Below are positions 1 to 13,668 of a DNA stretch of 64,000 nt, piece after piece; position 1 is the first letter of the stretch; each line of letters starts with the position of its first letter. The notes beneath the pieces are model-generated. The model searched no databases. It saw only the letters and a program-made list of their open reading frames with translations, and was not told where the DNA came from. The stretch lies in assembly GCF_006345805.1 (NCBI RefSeq), contig NC_042997.1, positions 84,754,001-84,818,000 on the forward strand, given 5' to 3'. The stretch comes from Octopus sinensis. Lineage: Eukaryota. Position numbers and translations under genes: made by a program.

Positions 1-209
1 TATTCCTTCAGTTACGTTGAACATCAAAGTTTTCTTCTGTATTGTCCAACATCATTTCTTCCTTTCAGTTAAACGTATGCATTTTCATTCTCTCTCTCTC
101 TCACTCATTCACTCATTTTCTCTCTTCTCCTCACTCTCTCTCACTCTCGCACTCTCTTACACACTCTCCCTCTGTCTCAGTATATAATAAGCACGTATGT
201 ATATGTGTG

Positions 210-288
<79 letters not shown>

Positions 289-293
289 CTCTA

Positions 294-328
<35 letters not shown>

Positions 329-579
329 GGGTGTCTGCGTGAATATATGTGTATGCGGTTGATTTATTTTTACATATTTATGGGTTCAATAAATTTTATA
401 ACAACACTGTTTTCCAATGATCCCCAGGATGTCCATTTCCCAAAGTGATAGGCGAATCGAAAATAAATTGGTTTGCATTTAGAGTGTATTCTTTTACATA
501 CACATGCACGCACGCACACACACAAACACACACACACACGCACACACACATATATGTATATACATGCATACATATATAC

Positions 580-610
<31 letters not shown>

Positions 611-1122
611 TGTATATATATTTGCATAATTACAATTATTTACCTTTCTCTGTAGACTTCTGTAATTTTTGCGTTTTCATTTTATTTTTTGTCATGTGCA
701 CGAGCGAACTGGTGTCATTTCCGTGCAAACACATAATACTGTTCACAAATATCCAAATATGTGTGTGAGTGCATGAGTGTGTGTTTGTGTGTGTGTGTGC
801 GTGCATGCAGTACGTTGGGATATATATAAAAAACATATATATCAAGCATCCCCACCGTATCTATCCTATTTTATTTGGTATATCAACTACATGTATATGT
901 ATATATATATATATATATTAGGAGTAATGGTTCTCGAAACGCACGCATAAATGTGGCTCGTCGAATGTCTTTCTATCCAAAGGGGTTTTTAGCTCAACAT
1001 TTACATGCTATTAATTATAGCTCAATATGTGTGTCGGGAGACATTGCTCTCAAAACGAATTATTTCACGTTCTCTCCTCCCGAAAGTTTATAAAATTCTT
1101 GTAAAATTTCTCTCTTTCTCTT

Positions 1123-1163
<41 letters not shown>

Positions 1164-1333
1164 ATATATATTATATATATATATTATATAGTGATAATTC
1201 ATTTTATACTTTTTGACATCTAGTTATATGTTGATAAAAGTACATATTATTTGTTATTTATGCTTCGGTTTATGTCTATCACTATTTGAGTCGCATAATA
1301 GTGGTTTTATCTCTAATTATAATAATATATATA

Positions 1334-1390
<57 letters not shown>

Positions 1391-1435
1391 GTATGTATGC
1401 ATGTATGTATGTATGTATATATATATGTATGTATA

Positions 1436-1529
<94 letters not shown>

Positions 1530-2291
1530 TGAGAGAGAGTGAGAGAGAGAGAGACAGAGAAAGGTAAATTATTTGAATTTAATTTGCTGTGCTGAAATTA
1601 ACACTGACAATTGCTAATTATTTCTATGCGCATGAGAAATGCAGTTCCCTAGACCACCGTACAAGAATGAACTTCAAAATAATGAAAACAAATAATATTA
1701 ACGAAATACGTCACAAGCTTGTTTCTTTGTTTATTGCGTTTGTTTCCTTAGCAGTTAATTTATTCCAACATAGAAACCAGACGAACTTTTAGATTTTCAA
1801 GCAAAGAATTTATGAGTGCTGATTTCAGTCGCCCACATTAAATGTTATATGTACATGCATACATGCAAGCACCTCAGATACATATGTATATTCACACTGA
1901 CATGTATTCATAAACTACTATAATAAAACTGTATAATTAAGAAAATAGAAAATCATTTCAACACAGAATCAGTAATAATCCTGTGAAAATACATTATATA
2001 TATACTTTATTGTAAATAAGTGTAATCTAAAAGCTAGAATGTAGTTATTTAATATAGAATAGTTACATTTAGTGATCTGTTAAGTGTATAAGTGTGTGTG
2101 TGTATATATATATATATATGTGTGTGTGTGTATGTATGTATGTATGTATGTATGTATGTATGTATGTATGTATGTATGTATGTATGTATGTATGTATGTA
2201 TGTATATATGTGTGACTGTGTGAGTGTGTGTGTGTTTAAACATGTACACATATTTGGATGTTGGGATGGATGCTATGTTTGTAATATTGAT

Positions 2292-2909
2292 TCCAAATTT
2301 TGGCACAAGGTCTGCAATTTCGGGGTATGAGTAAGTCGAATTCTTGAACCCCAGTGCTCATTTTGTACTTATGTTATCAACCACGAAATGATGAAAGGCA
2401 AATTCGATCCCAGCAGAATTTGAACCCAGGACGTAACGACGGGCGAACGCCGCTAAGCATTTTGCCTGACGTGCTGAAGATTTTGCCAGCTCGCCTCCTT
2501 AGTGTGATTGTAATATCAGTTTCGAATTTTGGCACAAGGCCTGCAATTTTGTGGGAGAGTTCTAGTCAATTACATCAACCCCAGTGTTCAACTATTTCTT
2601 ATTTTATCCACCCGGAAAGAATGAAAAGCAATTTAGACCTCTGCAGAACCTGAACTCAGAACGTTAAGACGAACGAAATACCTATTTCTTTACTACCCAC
2701 AAGGGGCTAAACACAGAGCGGACAAACAAGGACAGACAAACGGATTAACTTGATTATATCGACCCCAGTGTGTAACTAATACTTATTTAATCGACCCCGA
2801 AAGGATGAAAGGCAAAGTCGACCTCGGCGGAATTTGAACTCAGAACGTAGCGGCAGACGAAATACCGCTAAGCATTTTGTCCGGCGTGCTAACGACTCTG
2901 CCAGCTCGC
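2292..2909 (-). mobile_element. Cluster of family-1 tRNA-derived SINEs (2292-2495, 2519-2682, 2683-2909)
   Basis: Reverse complements of the head GGCGAGCTGGCAGAA.CGTTAGCAC, the B-box GAGTTCAAATTCC and the body GAGGTCGACTTTGCCTTTCATCCTTTCGGGGTCGAT. Confidence 0.9.
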
Positions 2910-2951
2910 GACATTAGAGTGTTTGTAATATTCGAATTGAATATATATGTC

Positions 2952-3158
2952 GGCGAGCTGGCAGGAACGTTAGCACGCCGGGCGAAATGCTTAGTGGTAT
3001 TTCGTCTGTCTTTACGTTCTGAGTTCAAATTCCGCCGAGGTTGACTTTGCCTTCATCCTTTCGGGGTCAATAAATTTAGTACCAGTTGCGTACCAGGGTC
3101 GATCTAATCGATTGGCCCCCTCCCCCAAAATTTCGGGCCTTGGCCTAGAGAAGAAAAG
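2952..3158 (+). mobile_element. Family-1 SINE with 20-bp target-site duplication
   Basis: Full head and body. AATATTCGAATTGAATATAT occurs at 2927-2946 and 3159-3178. Confidence 0.92.
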
Positions 3159-3829
3159 AATATTCGAATTGAATATATGTAATATATCACTCACCTCTAT
3201 CCAAACTGTCAGTTTGGGTTCAATACCCACTCCACTCTTTCCAACGAGTGCTATTATTATCATATTAACCATGTAGAATTAGAAACTGTCAATATATTCC
3301 AACCAACAAATTTTGAATACCTTTATCATTTGTTGGTAAACTCCATGTTTTACAATTATACAAAACTTGCGAGATAGTAAGACAAGCAGGTAGCATATTT
3401 CTCACTATCTAAATTACAATACAACGACAGTAAGCTTAATTTATCTCCCGATCTAACACTGCTGTATTACCATTGGGAGTATTTACGTTTGGTGTCGTAA
3501 AATAACACTATACTTCAATGTGCAACTTCTCAGTGACTCCATTTTGGAATGGTGTTTCTCTTGGTCAGAAGCAGAAAGAGGAAGTTGTTCAGTAGTAGAG
3601 GCTTACTACTTCATGAAATACATGTCCAGTCCTGGTGAATATATCCTCAAGTAGCCACCTTGTTCGCTGGCTGTTCCCAATCGCAGGCTTTGACTTCCAA
3701 CTGGGATATTTGTACGTATTGCAGTGGGTAATATCAGTAATATACGAATCGTCATTAACTATCATTAACCAACTTTGAGTGAGATGCCCGGCAGAATACC
3801 AGAAATCTTCAAGTAAATGTGCAGGGGCC

Positions 3830-4340
3830 TCCCAGATGGGTACATCAAGTTGCTACAGATAACCATTAAAACTCGCTTCATTTTATTTGCTTGTTGAACC
3901 TTGAAAAAGGATAGTGCCCACGACCTTTGCAGACCATCCAAGACTAATGAGATTGATGCTCTTAAATGTTCCGTTTAAGCTGTTGTAGATAAACACCTGC
4001 AGAGGGACAAAGATCTGCGGGGGAACGATTTGACATCGTGGTTAGTGCAGGGCATGGGATTGGACATAACAAGAATGACAACAGCTGGAGAGACGAGTGG
4101 TTTTCATGGATACTTATGTAGAAGTACAAAACTAGCCAGCTTCGGGGAATAGCGATCATTATGATTACGACAGAAAAGACAGGGAGAAAAGACAACACAC
4201 ATGTGGAGCTGAGTCTCGAGTACATCAATTACAGAGTGGACACTAATCAGTTGAATGACCCTTCTCTGGATGCAATCCAAGATGACTGTGTGCGTAGAAC
4301 CATCTCAGATGAGGTAATAATAATCAACTGTGGGCCTCAC
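3830..4340 (+). pseudogene. Highly degraded RTE-type LINE endonuclease fragment
   Basis: Colinear motifs across frames: ITIKTRF (RIITARF), KTNEID (PTNEAD), AVVDKHLQRDK, AGHGIGHNKNDNS (GKHGIG..NENG), AIQDDCVRR (SIQDVRVRR). Confidence 0.45.
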
Positions 4341-5548
4341 TTGAGTTTCTATTGAGTGTCAGAAAATAATTTTTAAACTACTCATTAACATCTTGGAAAA
4401 GTACATTTCGTAACAAACAACACTATATATAAGTAAAAACAATTTGCCATCTCAAGTATAAATGCCACTACTTGGTTGGCATTTCGTAATGTACAGGATG
4501 ATTAGCGTTAAATATTAAAGAAAATTAATTGGGGCAGAGTGGTATATTCTCCACTTTCTCGGGAGATGTATACCACAGAATTAAACAAATTTGTAGCGAT
4601 GGGAATTTATCTTCGTTTGCAGCATCGCTTCGAACAAGCATACGAAAGAAGCTGCACTTTAAACACACACAAACATATACACACCCTGGTATGCGTTCGC
4701 ATACCGGGGTGTGTATATGTGTGTGTGTATAGATATAGATATATAGATATATAAACACACAAATATATGCATGTATATATATAATATATATGTGTGCGTG
4801 AGCGGGTGTGCGTGTGTGAGTGCATGTGTGAGTGTGTGTACATGTGTCCTTATGTGTGTACAGAGGTAAATTGAGATATATATATATATATACATACACA
4901 TACATATATATAAATGTGTGGGGGCGCGTATGCGTTCGTGTTTTTGAGTATATGAGCGTGTGTGAGAGTGTACGTGTGTGTCTGTCTGTATGTATAAAGC
5001 AGCTGCTACTAAATTATATAACTTTTTCTCCAAGAGAGAAGATATATGTTATTTTCCCATTTTCCTTTCAGTAACGCATCAGACAAATCTTGATTTATAA
5101 TGTATGTCAGAAATGTCATAATTCTTCTACGCCACAATCGTCCGATTCCTGCCAAAATTGTTTGTGCCAGTTTCCAAGAACTTACAGTCATTGATATTCT
5201 TCAAGACTGCAGGGAAACTATTCACACAATAGCTTTTTAATACATCTAAGTTTATGTCATATTTTACTTCTGTTAAGCGCGCACGCCTGCGTCAATACGC
5301 ATAACACACACATACACAGACACACACACACATACATACACGAAAGCACAGGCGACCACATACGTGCGTCTTTGAATGTGTACTTGTGAAGTATTAATAC
5401 ATATATACGCAAACACACATAGACAGATATATGTATGTAGATAAAGAAATATATAGCGAATGGCTTATATATATATATTATATATAATATTATATATATA
5501 TATATATATATAATATAATATATATGTATATATGTATGTATGCATGTA

Positions 5549-5581
<33 letters not shown>

Positions 5582-6068
5582 GGAGAGAGGGAGAGAGAGA
5601 TATAACACTAGCGATGGTATTTTTAATAGTACTATCGCTCTCATGCATATATATATATATATATATATGAACACATATATGAGTACATTTACATATACAA
5701 ACATATATGTACGAATATATGTATATATGTATATACACATATATGTATGCATGTATGTAAATATATGTGTGTGTGTGCGTGCAATAAAAGCCCAACAACG
5801 CTACATTGAACTATTTTATGAAGGATATTTCCCATTTCATTATTAGTCCGTTGTGGTTCATTTAGAAAAATAATTTCCCGAAACCCAACGAGTTTCAAGA
5901 TTTTCCTACACTTGTCTTCTACTGGAAACGATTTTTCAGGTGGTTGTTATTGGCCTTTTAATGTAGGTGAGAGCCACGGAAATGATAATGTATCTCTTTC
6001 TCATTCATTATCCCCGGACTTCAAATGTTCCTCATCCGCTGACGTCAGCTGTATTATTTATTTACTCA

Positions 6069-6104
<36 letters not shown>

Positions 6105-6138
6105 TATATATATATATATGTGTGTGTGGTGTGTGTGT

Positions 6139-6198
<60 letters not shown>

Positions 6199-7046
6199 AT
6201 TCATATACTTATATATATTACATATTCATTATATATATATATATATATATAATAAATATATATACATATACATATATATATATATTTAATATTATATCTT
6301 AGTGATACACAGTTGACAGTAGTGTCTGCTTTTACTTTGTTGCTAAGATACACTATCTGTATGCTGAGATTTTCCGGATATTTTACTTTTAATAAAGCTT
6401 TTATGAGCTTTCTATACATACTTAAGTGTGTGCGCGAGTGGGAGTGTACCTGAGTGTATATATGCATATGTGTGTGTGAGTAAATGCGTGTTATGTTTAT
6501 GTTTCTTTTTTTGTATTTTTTGTATTAGTTTCTATATGTGATAGCTGTGTTATCCACTAATCTTTTTCCGTCTAGTTTTGTTTTGCGTTGTGTAATATGT
6601 TTTGGAATGACTCATTTTTGTAACTACATTGTCAGACGACGAAACCATGTTATGCTTGATTGTCTAATGCAATAGCTACAGTAATGCATTTTATAACTTT
6701 TATAATGCTAATTGAATTAGTCATTTGAAGTTTCTGATTTTCAGGTTTGTAATTTTCTCTAAACGAAAGGGATTGTTAATTTTTGCTGGTGTGCAAACAA
6801 GACTCAATACAAGCCAACGTGAGAGCCTCCGCTTGGTTACCTGTCTAGAGAGAAATAAGAGTAAAATTTTTCTGAAGTAAGAATCGTCTGTAAATAAAAA
6901 TTGACATTTCTGACAATGTATACCTCTATAATTTCAGGCGCTTCTCGTTACAAGGTAACACCAGCTGCCCTCTTTTCAAGGTATATCTCACTAATCTGAA
7001 ATCGATTTCATATTGCACCCTCTAGTTTAATCTGAATCTGGTTTCA

Positions 7047-7081
<35 letters not shown>

Positions 7082-7179
7082 CACCACCACCACCACCACC
7101 ACCACCACCACCACTTACTACTACTACTACTACTACTACTACTACCACTACTACTAATAATAATAATAATAATAATAAT

Positions 7180-7501
7180 CCTTTCTACTAAAGGCACAGG
7201 GCCCGAAATTTGGGGAAGAGGATAGTCGATTACATCGATCTCAGTACTCAACTGGTACTTGATTTATCGACTCCGAAAGGCAAAGTCGACCTCGGCGGAA
7301 TTTGTACTCAGAACGCAACAGCAAGAAAAATACCTATTTCTTTACTACCCACAAGGGGCTAAACACAGAGAGGACAAACAAGGACAGACAAACGGATTAA
7401 GTCGATTATATCGACACCAGTACGTAACTGGTACTTACTTAATCGACCCCGAATGGATGAAAGGCAAAGTCGACCTCGGCGGAATTTGAACTCAGAACGT
7501 T
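7180..7501 (-). mobile_element. Nested family-1 SINEs (host 7180-7334, insert 7335-7501)
   Basis: Two bodies in tandem, joined at AAATACC|TATTTCTTTACTACCCAC. Confidence 0.88.
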
Positions 7502-9142
7502 AGTTAGCTCTTGTTTCATGCGTTGTGAGTAATATAAAGCATTTCTTTCATAAGTCCTAAACCACTCTGGTAGTTACAAGGAATTGAGAATGTGTATCAT
7601 ATGTTATGCACGGAGGCCAGGAAAATATGACCAGTGTATCACATAATACACAAGACAAGCAAGTGTTAAGTCTCTCACCGAGCCTATCCATCAGACATAG
7701 GTTCAGAGATCACGCCAGTCTTTTATCTTATTCTTATTTATTTATTTTATTTCAGTGCTAGGAAGATAAGCGACAATAAAATAAAGAGATGGGGAGCCCT
7801 TTCTCCTAGAAGGTCTTCTTGAAGTTAACTTCCATCCGATGAGGCCGCATATGAAAACTCTTTAAAAAAATTAAATACAAGCAAATCTGAATAAGCACCT
7901 TCAGTGTAAAAATTTTTCTGAAAATTTATTCTAATTTCTGTAGTAAACATAAATGAAACTAACTTTAAACAATTACACGTGTAAATACAGAAATATAAAC
8001 AGCCATTTCTAAAATTTACGATTAGCTAATAAGATATTCTGTATGTGAAAGCAGACCAACAAAAATATACTTCAGCGCCATAGTTTTCCTTTAAACGTTG
8101 TATTTCTTTCTGAAACTGGTTTAGGAGGACGCTGCTACCTATCTCTAATCTCCCGGTTTATCTACAAACAACCAGTCTGTTTTGAATGGTGCGATGTTTC
8201 AAAAACGTTAAGCAATTCTAACGTATCAGTCATTTAAAATCAGTTCACTTTTCACACAGATAGCTGTTTCGAATTTCAGTGTTCTAGGTCGACCGACTTC
8301 TGATCATACCCACCATGATACAAAACAGTTGTCGATAACAAAAGCAGCTCGTAAGGTAATGTGCCAGATAAAGCGGGTTTCAATATCGGTTCTCCACAGC
8401 CACGCTTGTCCGTTTGAAGTAGATAAAATGTTCAACAATATTAGCAGTATTTCTTGTGTGTGTGTGTGTGTGTGTGCTCGTATGTGCGTGTGAGTGCTCT
8501 TGTGTGATGCGTGTGTATGTGTATGTATGCAAAATAGTGAAATATGTGATGTGTGTGTGTATGGGTGCGTATTTGTGCAAGTGTGTACATATATTTTTAA
8601 GAGTGAATAGACAAAATACTTCAGTCACAAAAGTAGCAAATATTTCCTTTATAGAACGACAATATAGACAAATAAAAAAACAGAAACAGTATAAAGTAAA
8701 TTATGTGCATTTTCCTTGAGATTATTAATTGCCTCCGGATACTTCACGGTCCTATTTTTCGAAGACAATTCATTCAACAAGGAATACCTGTCGTCAACAA
8801 ATAGAAATCAAATTTGTTACACAAATGCATACGCGTACATAAAGACCTCACAACACACACAGACACTCCCCCCCCTCTCTCTCATCTCTCTCGTTTTCAT
8901 CTCTGTCATATGCACACACTCGGAAAAGACGAGAGAGAGAGAGAGAGCGGAAGTGAAAGAGAGAGAGATACAAAGATACACACAGTCAAAAGGTTTTCAA
9001 CCTAAATAGATATATAAACGAATATCGAATATAAACAAAAACATACATACATATGATGTTGAAAAATTCCTGTATGTATTTATGCTTCTGTGCACACACA
9101 CTTACACAATCATACACTGTATATAACTTTGAGTATGTGTAT

Positions 9143-9186
<44 letters not shown>

Positions 9187-9769
9187 TATTATATATATAT
9201 ATATATGTATATATCGTTGAAAATTATAAAGAAACAAAAGACGAAGACAGGTGTATGAACAACAAACAAGTACAGTAGTTTGACACTCGGAAAATTAAAA
9301 AGTATTTTACATTTCGAGCCTACGCTCTTTAACAGAAAGGAATAAAAGAAAATAAACAGAGAGAGAATGAAAAAAAAACTTGTAGATTTCGGCGTTCCAT
9401 ACATGCAAGCAAAAAAACACAGGCACACATATCAAACCTCCGACGCCCCTGTGAGCGCTGTATTATTTTATATAATGTGGAAAGTGCACTCTCCAAATGA
9501 TGCCGATTTAAAGTTCACAAGTCACCCAAGACTTGGTATCAGGACCATGCACTCTCCACAAAAATCGAGATCTTAGGAACAGGGTGATGAATGGGCTTTC
9601 GAGTGTGCTTGTCATTCAATGCCCTGTGATTTGCGAGAGGAAATAAAATCAAAGAATGTCTACAGGAGATTTGGGTTCGTGTCCCCCAGACAGTCTTAAA
9701 CTTTTTAAATTCAAAAGTATTTTTCAACCCAATATTTTCGTGGAATTATTTATAGCCGTTTTTACAACG

Positions 9770-9955
9770 GCTGCGAACAGACAGAATCGTTAGCACAACG
9801 AGTAAAATACTTAGAATATTTCGTCCGCTTTACGTCCTGACGTCAAATTCCGCTGAGGTCGACTTTGCCTTTCATCTTTTCGGGCTTGATAAAAGAAGCC
9901 CCAATTGAGCACTGGGATCGAAGTAACCGAGTAGTCACCTCACTCAAACCTCTAG
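9770..9955 (+). mobile_element. Old family-1 SINE
   Basis: CAGAATCGTTAGCAC...TCAAATTCCGCTGAGGTCGACTTTGCCTTTCATC. Confidence 0.8.
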
Positions 9956-10306
9956 TGGAATGAGTTATTTATTGCTTTATGTAGTTCAAGATCCACTCTT
10001 CTCAAAAGGGACTGTGACTTCGAGGATTCGGCCTGCTAGCCTTCTTTGAATTTTCATATATATGTGCGTTTATGTATATGTGGTTTATGTATAAACAAAT
10101 TTTCATATGTACTCTTCTGAACAATGTAAAACTCATGTAATTTCGCTCTATGTAATAAAATATGAAACCATAGGACATTTTGAAAGAGAAATTATTCAAA
10201 CGTCTATTCCTAAGAAAGTCTATAACCACATTGAATACATTTATGCACACACAACACACACACACACACACAAACACACATACATACACAAACACGCGTA
10301 TTTGAT

Positions 10307-10344
<38 letters not shown>

Positions 10345-10346
<2 letters not shown>

Positions 10347-10745
10347 TGCAGGAGTGGCTGCTTGGTAAGTAGCTTGTTTACCAACCACATGGTTCCAGGT
10401 TCAATCCCACTGCGTGGCACCTTGGGCAAGAGTCTTCTACTATAGCCTCGGGCTGACCAACGCCTTGTGAGTGGATTTGGTAGACGGAAACTGAATATGT
10501 ATATATATATATATATGCGTGTGTGTGTTTGTGTGTCTGTGTTTGTCCCCCTAGCATTGCTTGACAACCGATGCTGGTGTATTTATGTCCCCGTTACTTA
10601 GCGTTTCGGCAAAACAGACCGATAGAATAAGTACTGGGCTTACAAAAGAATAAGTCCCGGGGTCCAGTTGCTCGATTTAAGGCGGTGCTCCAGCATGGCC
10701 GCAGTCAAATGACTGAAACAAGTAAAAGAGTAAAAGAGAGAGAAA
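10345..10745 (+). mobile_element. Family-2 tRNA-derived SINE (CORE-like CCTTGGGCAAG motif, internal TA/TG microsatellite)
   Basis: Head GGTGCAGGAGTGGCTG...GGTTCAATCCCAC...GGCACCTTGGGCAAG; tail GCATGGCCGCAGTCAAATGACTGAAACAAGTAAAAGAG. Confidence 0.9.
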
Positions 10746-10887
10746 GAGAGTATATATTCATTCATATATGCATACATATAATATATACATACATATATAT
10801 ATACATGTATATATATGTATATATATATATATACATGTATACACACAAACACACGCATATATATGTATTTGTGTGTATGTATGCGTG

Positions 10888-10920
<33 letters not shown>

Positions 10921-11153
10921 TATAATATATAAGGGTGAAATTAATTAATTTAGAAATAATCATTAATTTCACCAAGTTGAGTTCGGCATGTAAAAGCCCC
11001 ATTCAAGGAAGGTTTAAATAATACTAAGTAATTAAGGGTTTAGCAACCATTTGCCTCACCAGACATCGAATTTAGAAATAGCAGTCAAAAAGTTTTGGCT
11101 ATTCTTTCTACTTAGTAGAAAGAATAGCAAATCGTTGCTAAACCCTTAATTAC

Positions 11154-11196
<43 letters not shown>

Positions 11197-11219
11197 TATA
11201 CATATATATAGAAAATAGT

Positions 11220-12191
11220 AAAAAGTGAAAAAACTACAGAAGGCTCAAACATTTTTTTTTTTTCTCTTATAATGACATAATTTAGAAGAAAGACCGGTTT
11301 CGCGTTTAGCTTTTCAAATTTCTTGCGACGTTATGTTTATGTTGAACAGGGTTATCGTTATGTTTATGTTCAAAAGGGTTCTAAATAAGGGGAGGTAATG
11401 AGTGATTTCTTCCGGTGTAAGGGAGATAATCGCTTAAAAATTTTTTCCTTTCCCTTGGTGTGAATTTCTCTGTATCAGTATGTTGGGATGGTTAAGTCTG
11501 GGCTTGTACTTTTCAATGAAGAATGTTTCCTTGTTTAGTCTAATTTGTGTTGATGATCCGATAGCACATTGGTAAAATGGAAAGATTAAAAATTGTGGTA
11601 GTAGTTGCTTTGCGCATTTCTCAATGTGCTCACTAAAAGGTATCATTCTGTATTCTGGGAATGCAATCTGTTGTCGATACAGTGTGCATCTACGTCTGAG
11701 TGATAGTCCCGTGGATCCCACGTAGTCTTGGTGGCAGCCCGAGCATTTTATGACATAAATTATGTTTTCAGAGGCACAAGTAAAGTTAGATTTGATCTTG
11801 AATTTCTGTCCCTCTTTAAAGAGGAATTCTGATCCTTCTAGCAGGTTTGGACATGTTGCACAGTTCGATCTACCACATTTTTTTACTTTTGCATCCGTAA
11901 TATCAGAAGACAATTTTGCCTTTGTGAGAATCTTTTTAAGTGATTTAGGTTGTTTGTAGCTTTTAATGATTTGGTGTATGTTTAGAATTTCCTTTAATAT
12001 GGGGTCCTTATGAAGTATTGGTCAATTCTAGGTGATGATGGTGAAGGCTTCTTTGTTTCTGGGGTTGTATGTAGATATGTAGGGTAGTATTTTCGGGGAA
12101 GGTGTGTTGTTGTGTTGAACTTTTCTTAAAGTTTCTATGTTGATTTCTGTTGCACGTCTGATCCCATCCTCTATGAGTTGAGCTGAGTAAT
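11220..12191 (-). mobile_element. 5'-truncated Penelope-like retroelement (end of RT thumb/linker, GIY-YIG endonuclease, 3' pLTR-like tail)
   Basis: ORFs 12028-12213 and 11434-11913 are in the same frame, separated by two stops. Motifs: KILPYISTYNP, C-x4-C-x2-C (KCGRSNCATC), NIIYVIKCSGCHQDYVGST (GIY-YIG), RLNKETFFIEKYKPRLN. Confidence 0.9.
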
Positions 12192-12284
12192 TGACAGACA
12201 TTACCCAGCTCAACTCATAGAGGATGGGATCAGACGTGCAACAGAAATCAACATAGAAACTTTAAGAAATTGTTTTGCTGAAAT

Positions 12285-12429
<145 letters not shown>

Positions 12430-13276
12430 AAGGGAGAGAGAGAGAGAGAAAGATCCAAGCATGCATTAGATCCTTGTAAACGTATCATGCTGCCGAAAAA
12501 TATCCAGTAATCCAATAGCAAATGTCATATCCCGATTTACACCATACTGAATTCATAATATTCCTATTCCAAATTAGAATTAAGTTTCAATGTAAGTTTT
12601 AGAGCTCCGGTTAGAAATTGGAATTAAAAATTTACAGACACGAGATTAAAGTACTATTAAGAATTTAACCTGGTTCTCTCTCGTTACTGCCAGTTTAAGC
12701 CCTTATTGTAACATTTGTATGAAGAGAAAATATTTCGTTGACTTATTAATACTGCATTGAAAATCTAAGTTTTTTCGGGTTACGAAACGACTGCTATAAG
12801 TCGTTCTAATTGTTAAAAATAGTGACCGAATCTCCCTCAAATGATATACTTCCATACTTAATGACTAAACATAACATTTCACTAGGATTTCAAAATTTGT
12901 ATCACCACGGATGCCGCTCAAATCTTCTTTTGAGGACAACACAGCACGCCAAAAGTTAAAGAGAGAAACGTTGAAGTGAGAAAACAGAAACAGTTTAAAA
13001 CACAAAGAAGTAATTGATGCGACGCTTATGAATGACGATTTTTAAAACATGCAAATGTTACTTGGAAGCGGAGAAGTCCACACGCGGTCTGTTGGTGATT
13101 TTTCCTTCTTTCTCTTTAGACTTTCTTGTTTCCGACGAAGAGCTACGCTCTAAATGTTAACAACAACACTCTCCCTTCAAATTAATATATTTCTTGTGCA
13201 CGTCCACACGTTCATTTTTTCCCTTTTTTCCTGTTTTTTAATTGTTTGTTTATTCGAATTGACTATATATGTTGTC

Positions 13277-13448
13277 TCTTTTACTCTTTTATTTGTTTCA
13301 GTTATTTGACTGCGGCCATGCTGGTGCACCGCCTTTAGTTGAGCAAATCGACCCCAGAATTTATTCTTTGTAAGCCTAGTACTTATTTTATCGGTCTATT
13401 TTGCCGAACCGCTAGGTGACGGGGACATAACACACCAGCATACACACA

Positions 13449-13495
<47 letters not shown>

Positions 13496-13668
13496 ATATA
13501 TATATATATATATACGACGAGCTTCTTTCAGTTTCCGTCTACCAAATGCACTCACATGGCTTTGGTCGGCCCGTGGCTATAGTAGAAGACATTTGCCCAA
13601 GATGCCACGCAGTGAGACTGAACCCGGAACCATGTGGCCGGTAAGCAAGCTACTTAACAAACAGCCCC
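13277..13668 (-). mobile_element. Family-2 SINE
   Basis: Reverse complement of the 10345 element along its length. Confidence 0.88.

Noticed and set aside
4539-4650. Two small hairpins with an ANANNA, suggesting an H/ACA snoRNA
   Set aside because: The second hairpin is poor and there is no correctly placed ACA box.
5186-5206. 21-nt minus-strand microexon (TTTCCCTGCAG ... GTAAGT, reading LKNIND)
   Set aside because: The polypyrimidine tract is short, a competing AG lies upstream, and such site pairs arise by chance in 64 kb. Spliced reads would be needed.
7845-7860. CCGATGAGGCC...GAAAAC hammerhead-like string, and TGATGAGTCC in the 45.7-kb repeat
   Set aside because: Stem II does not close or GAAA is absent.
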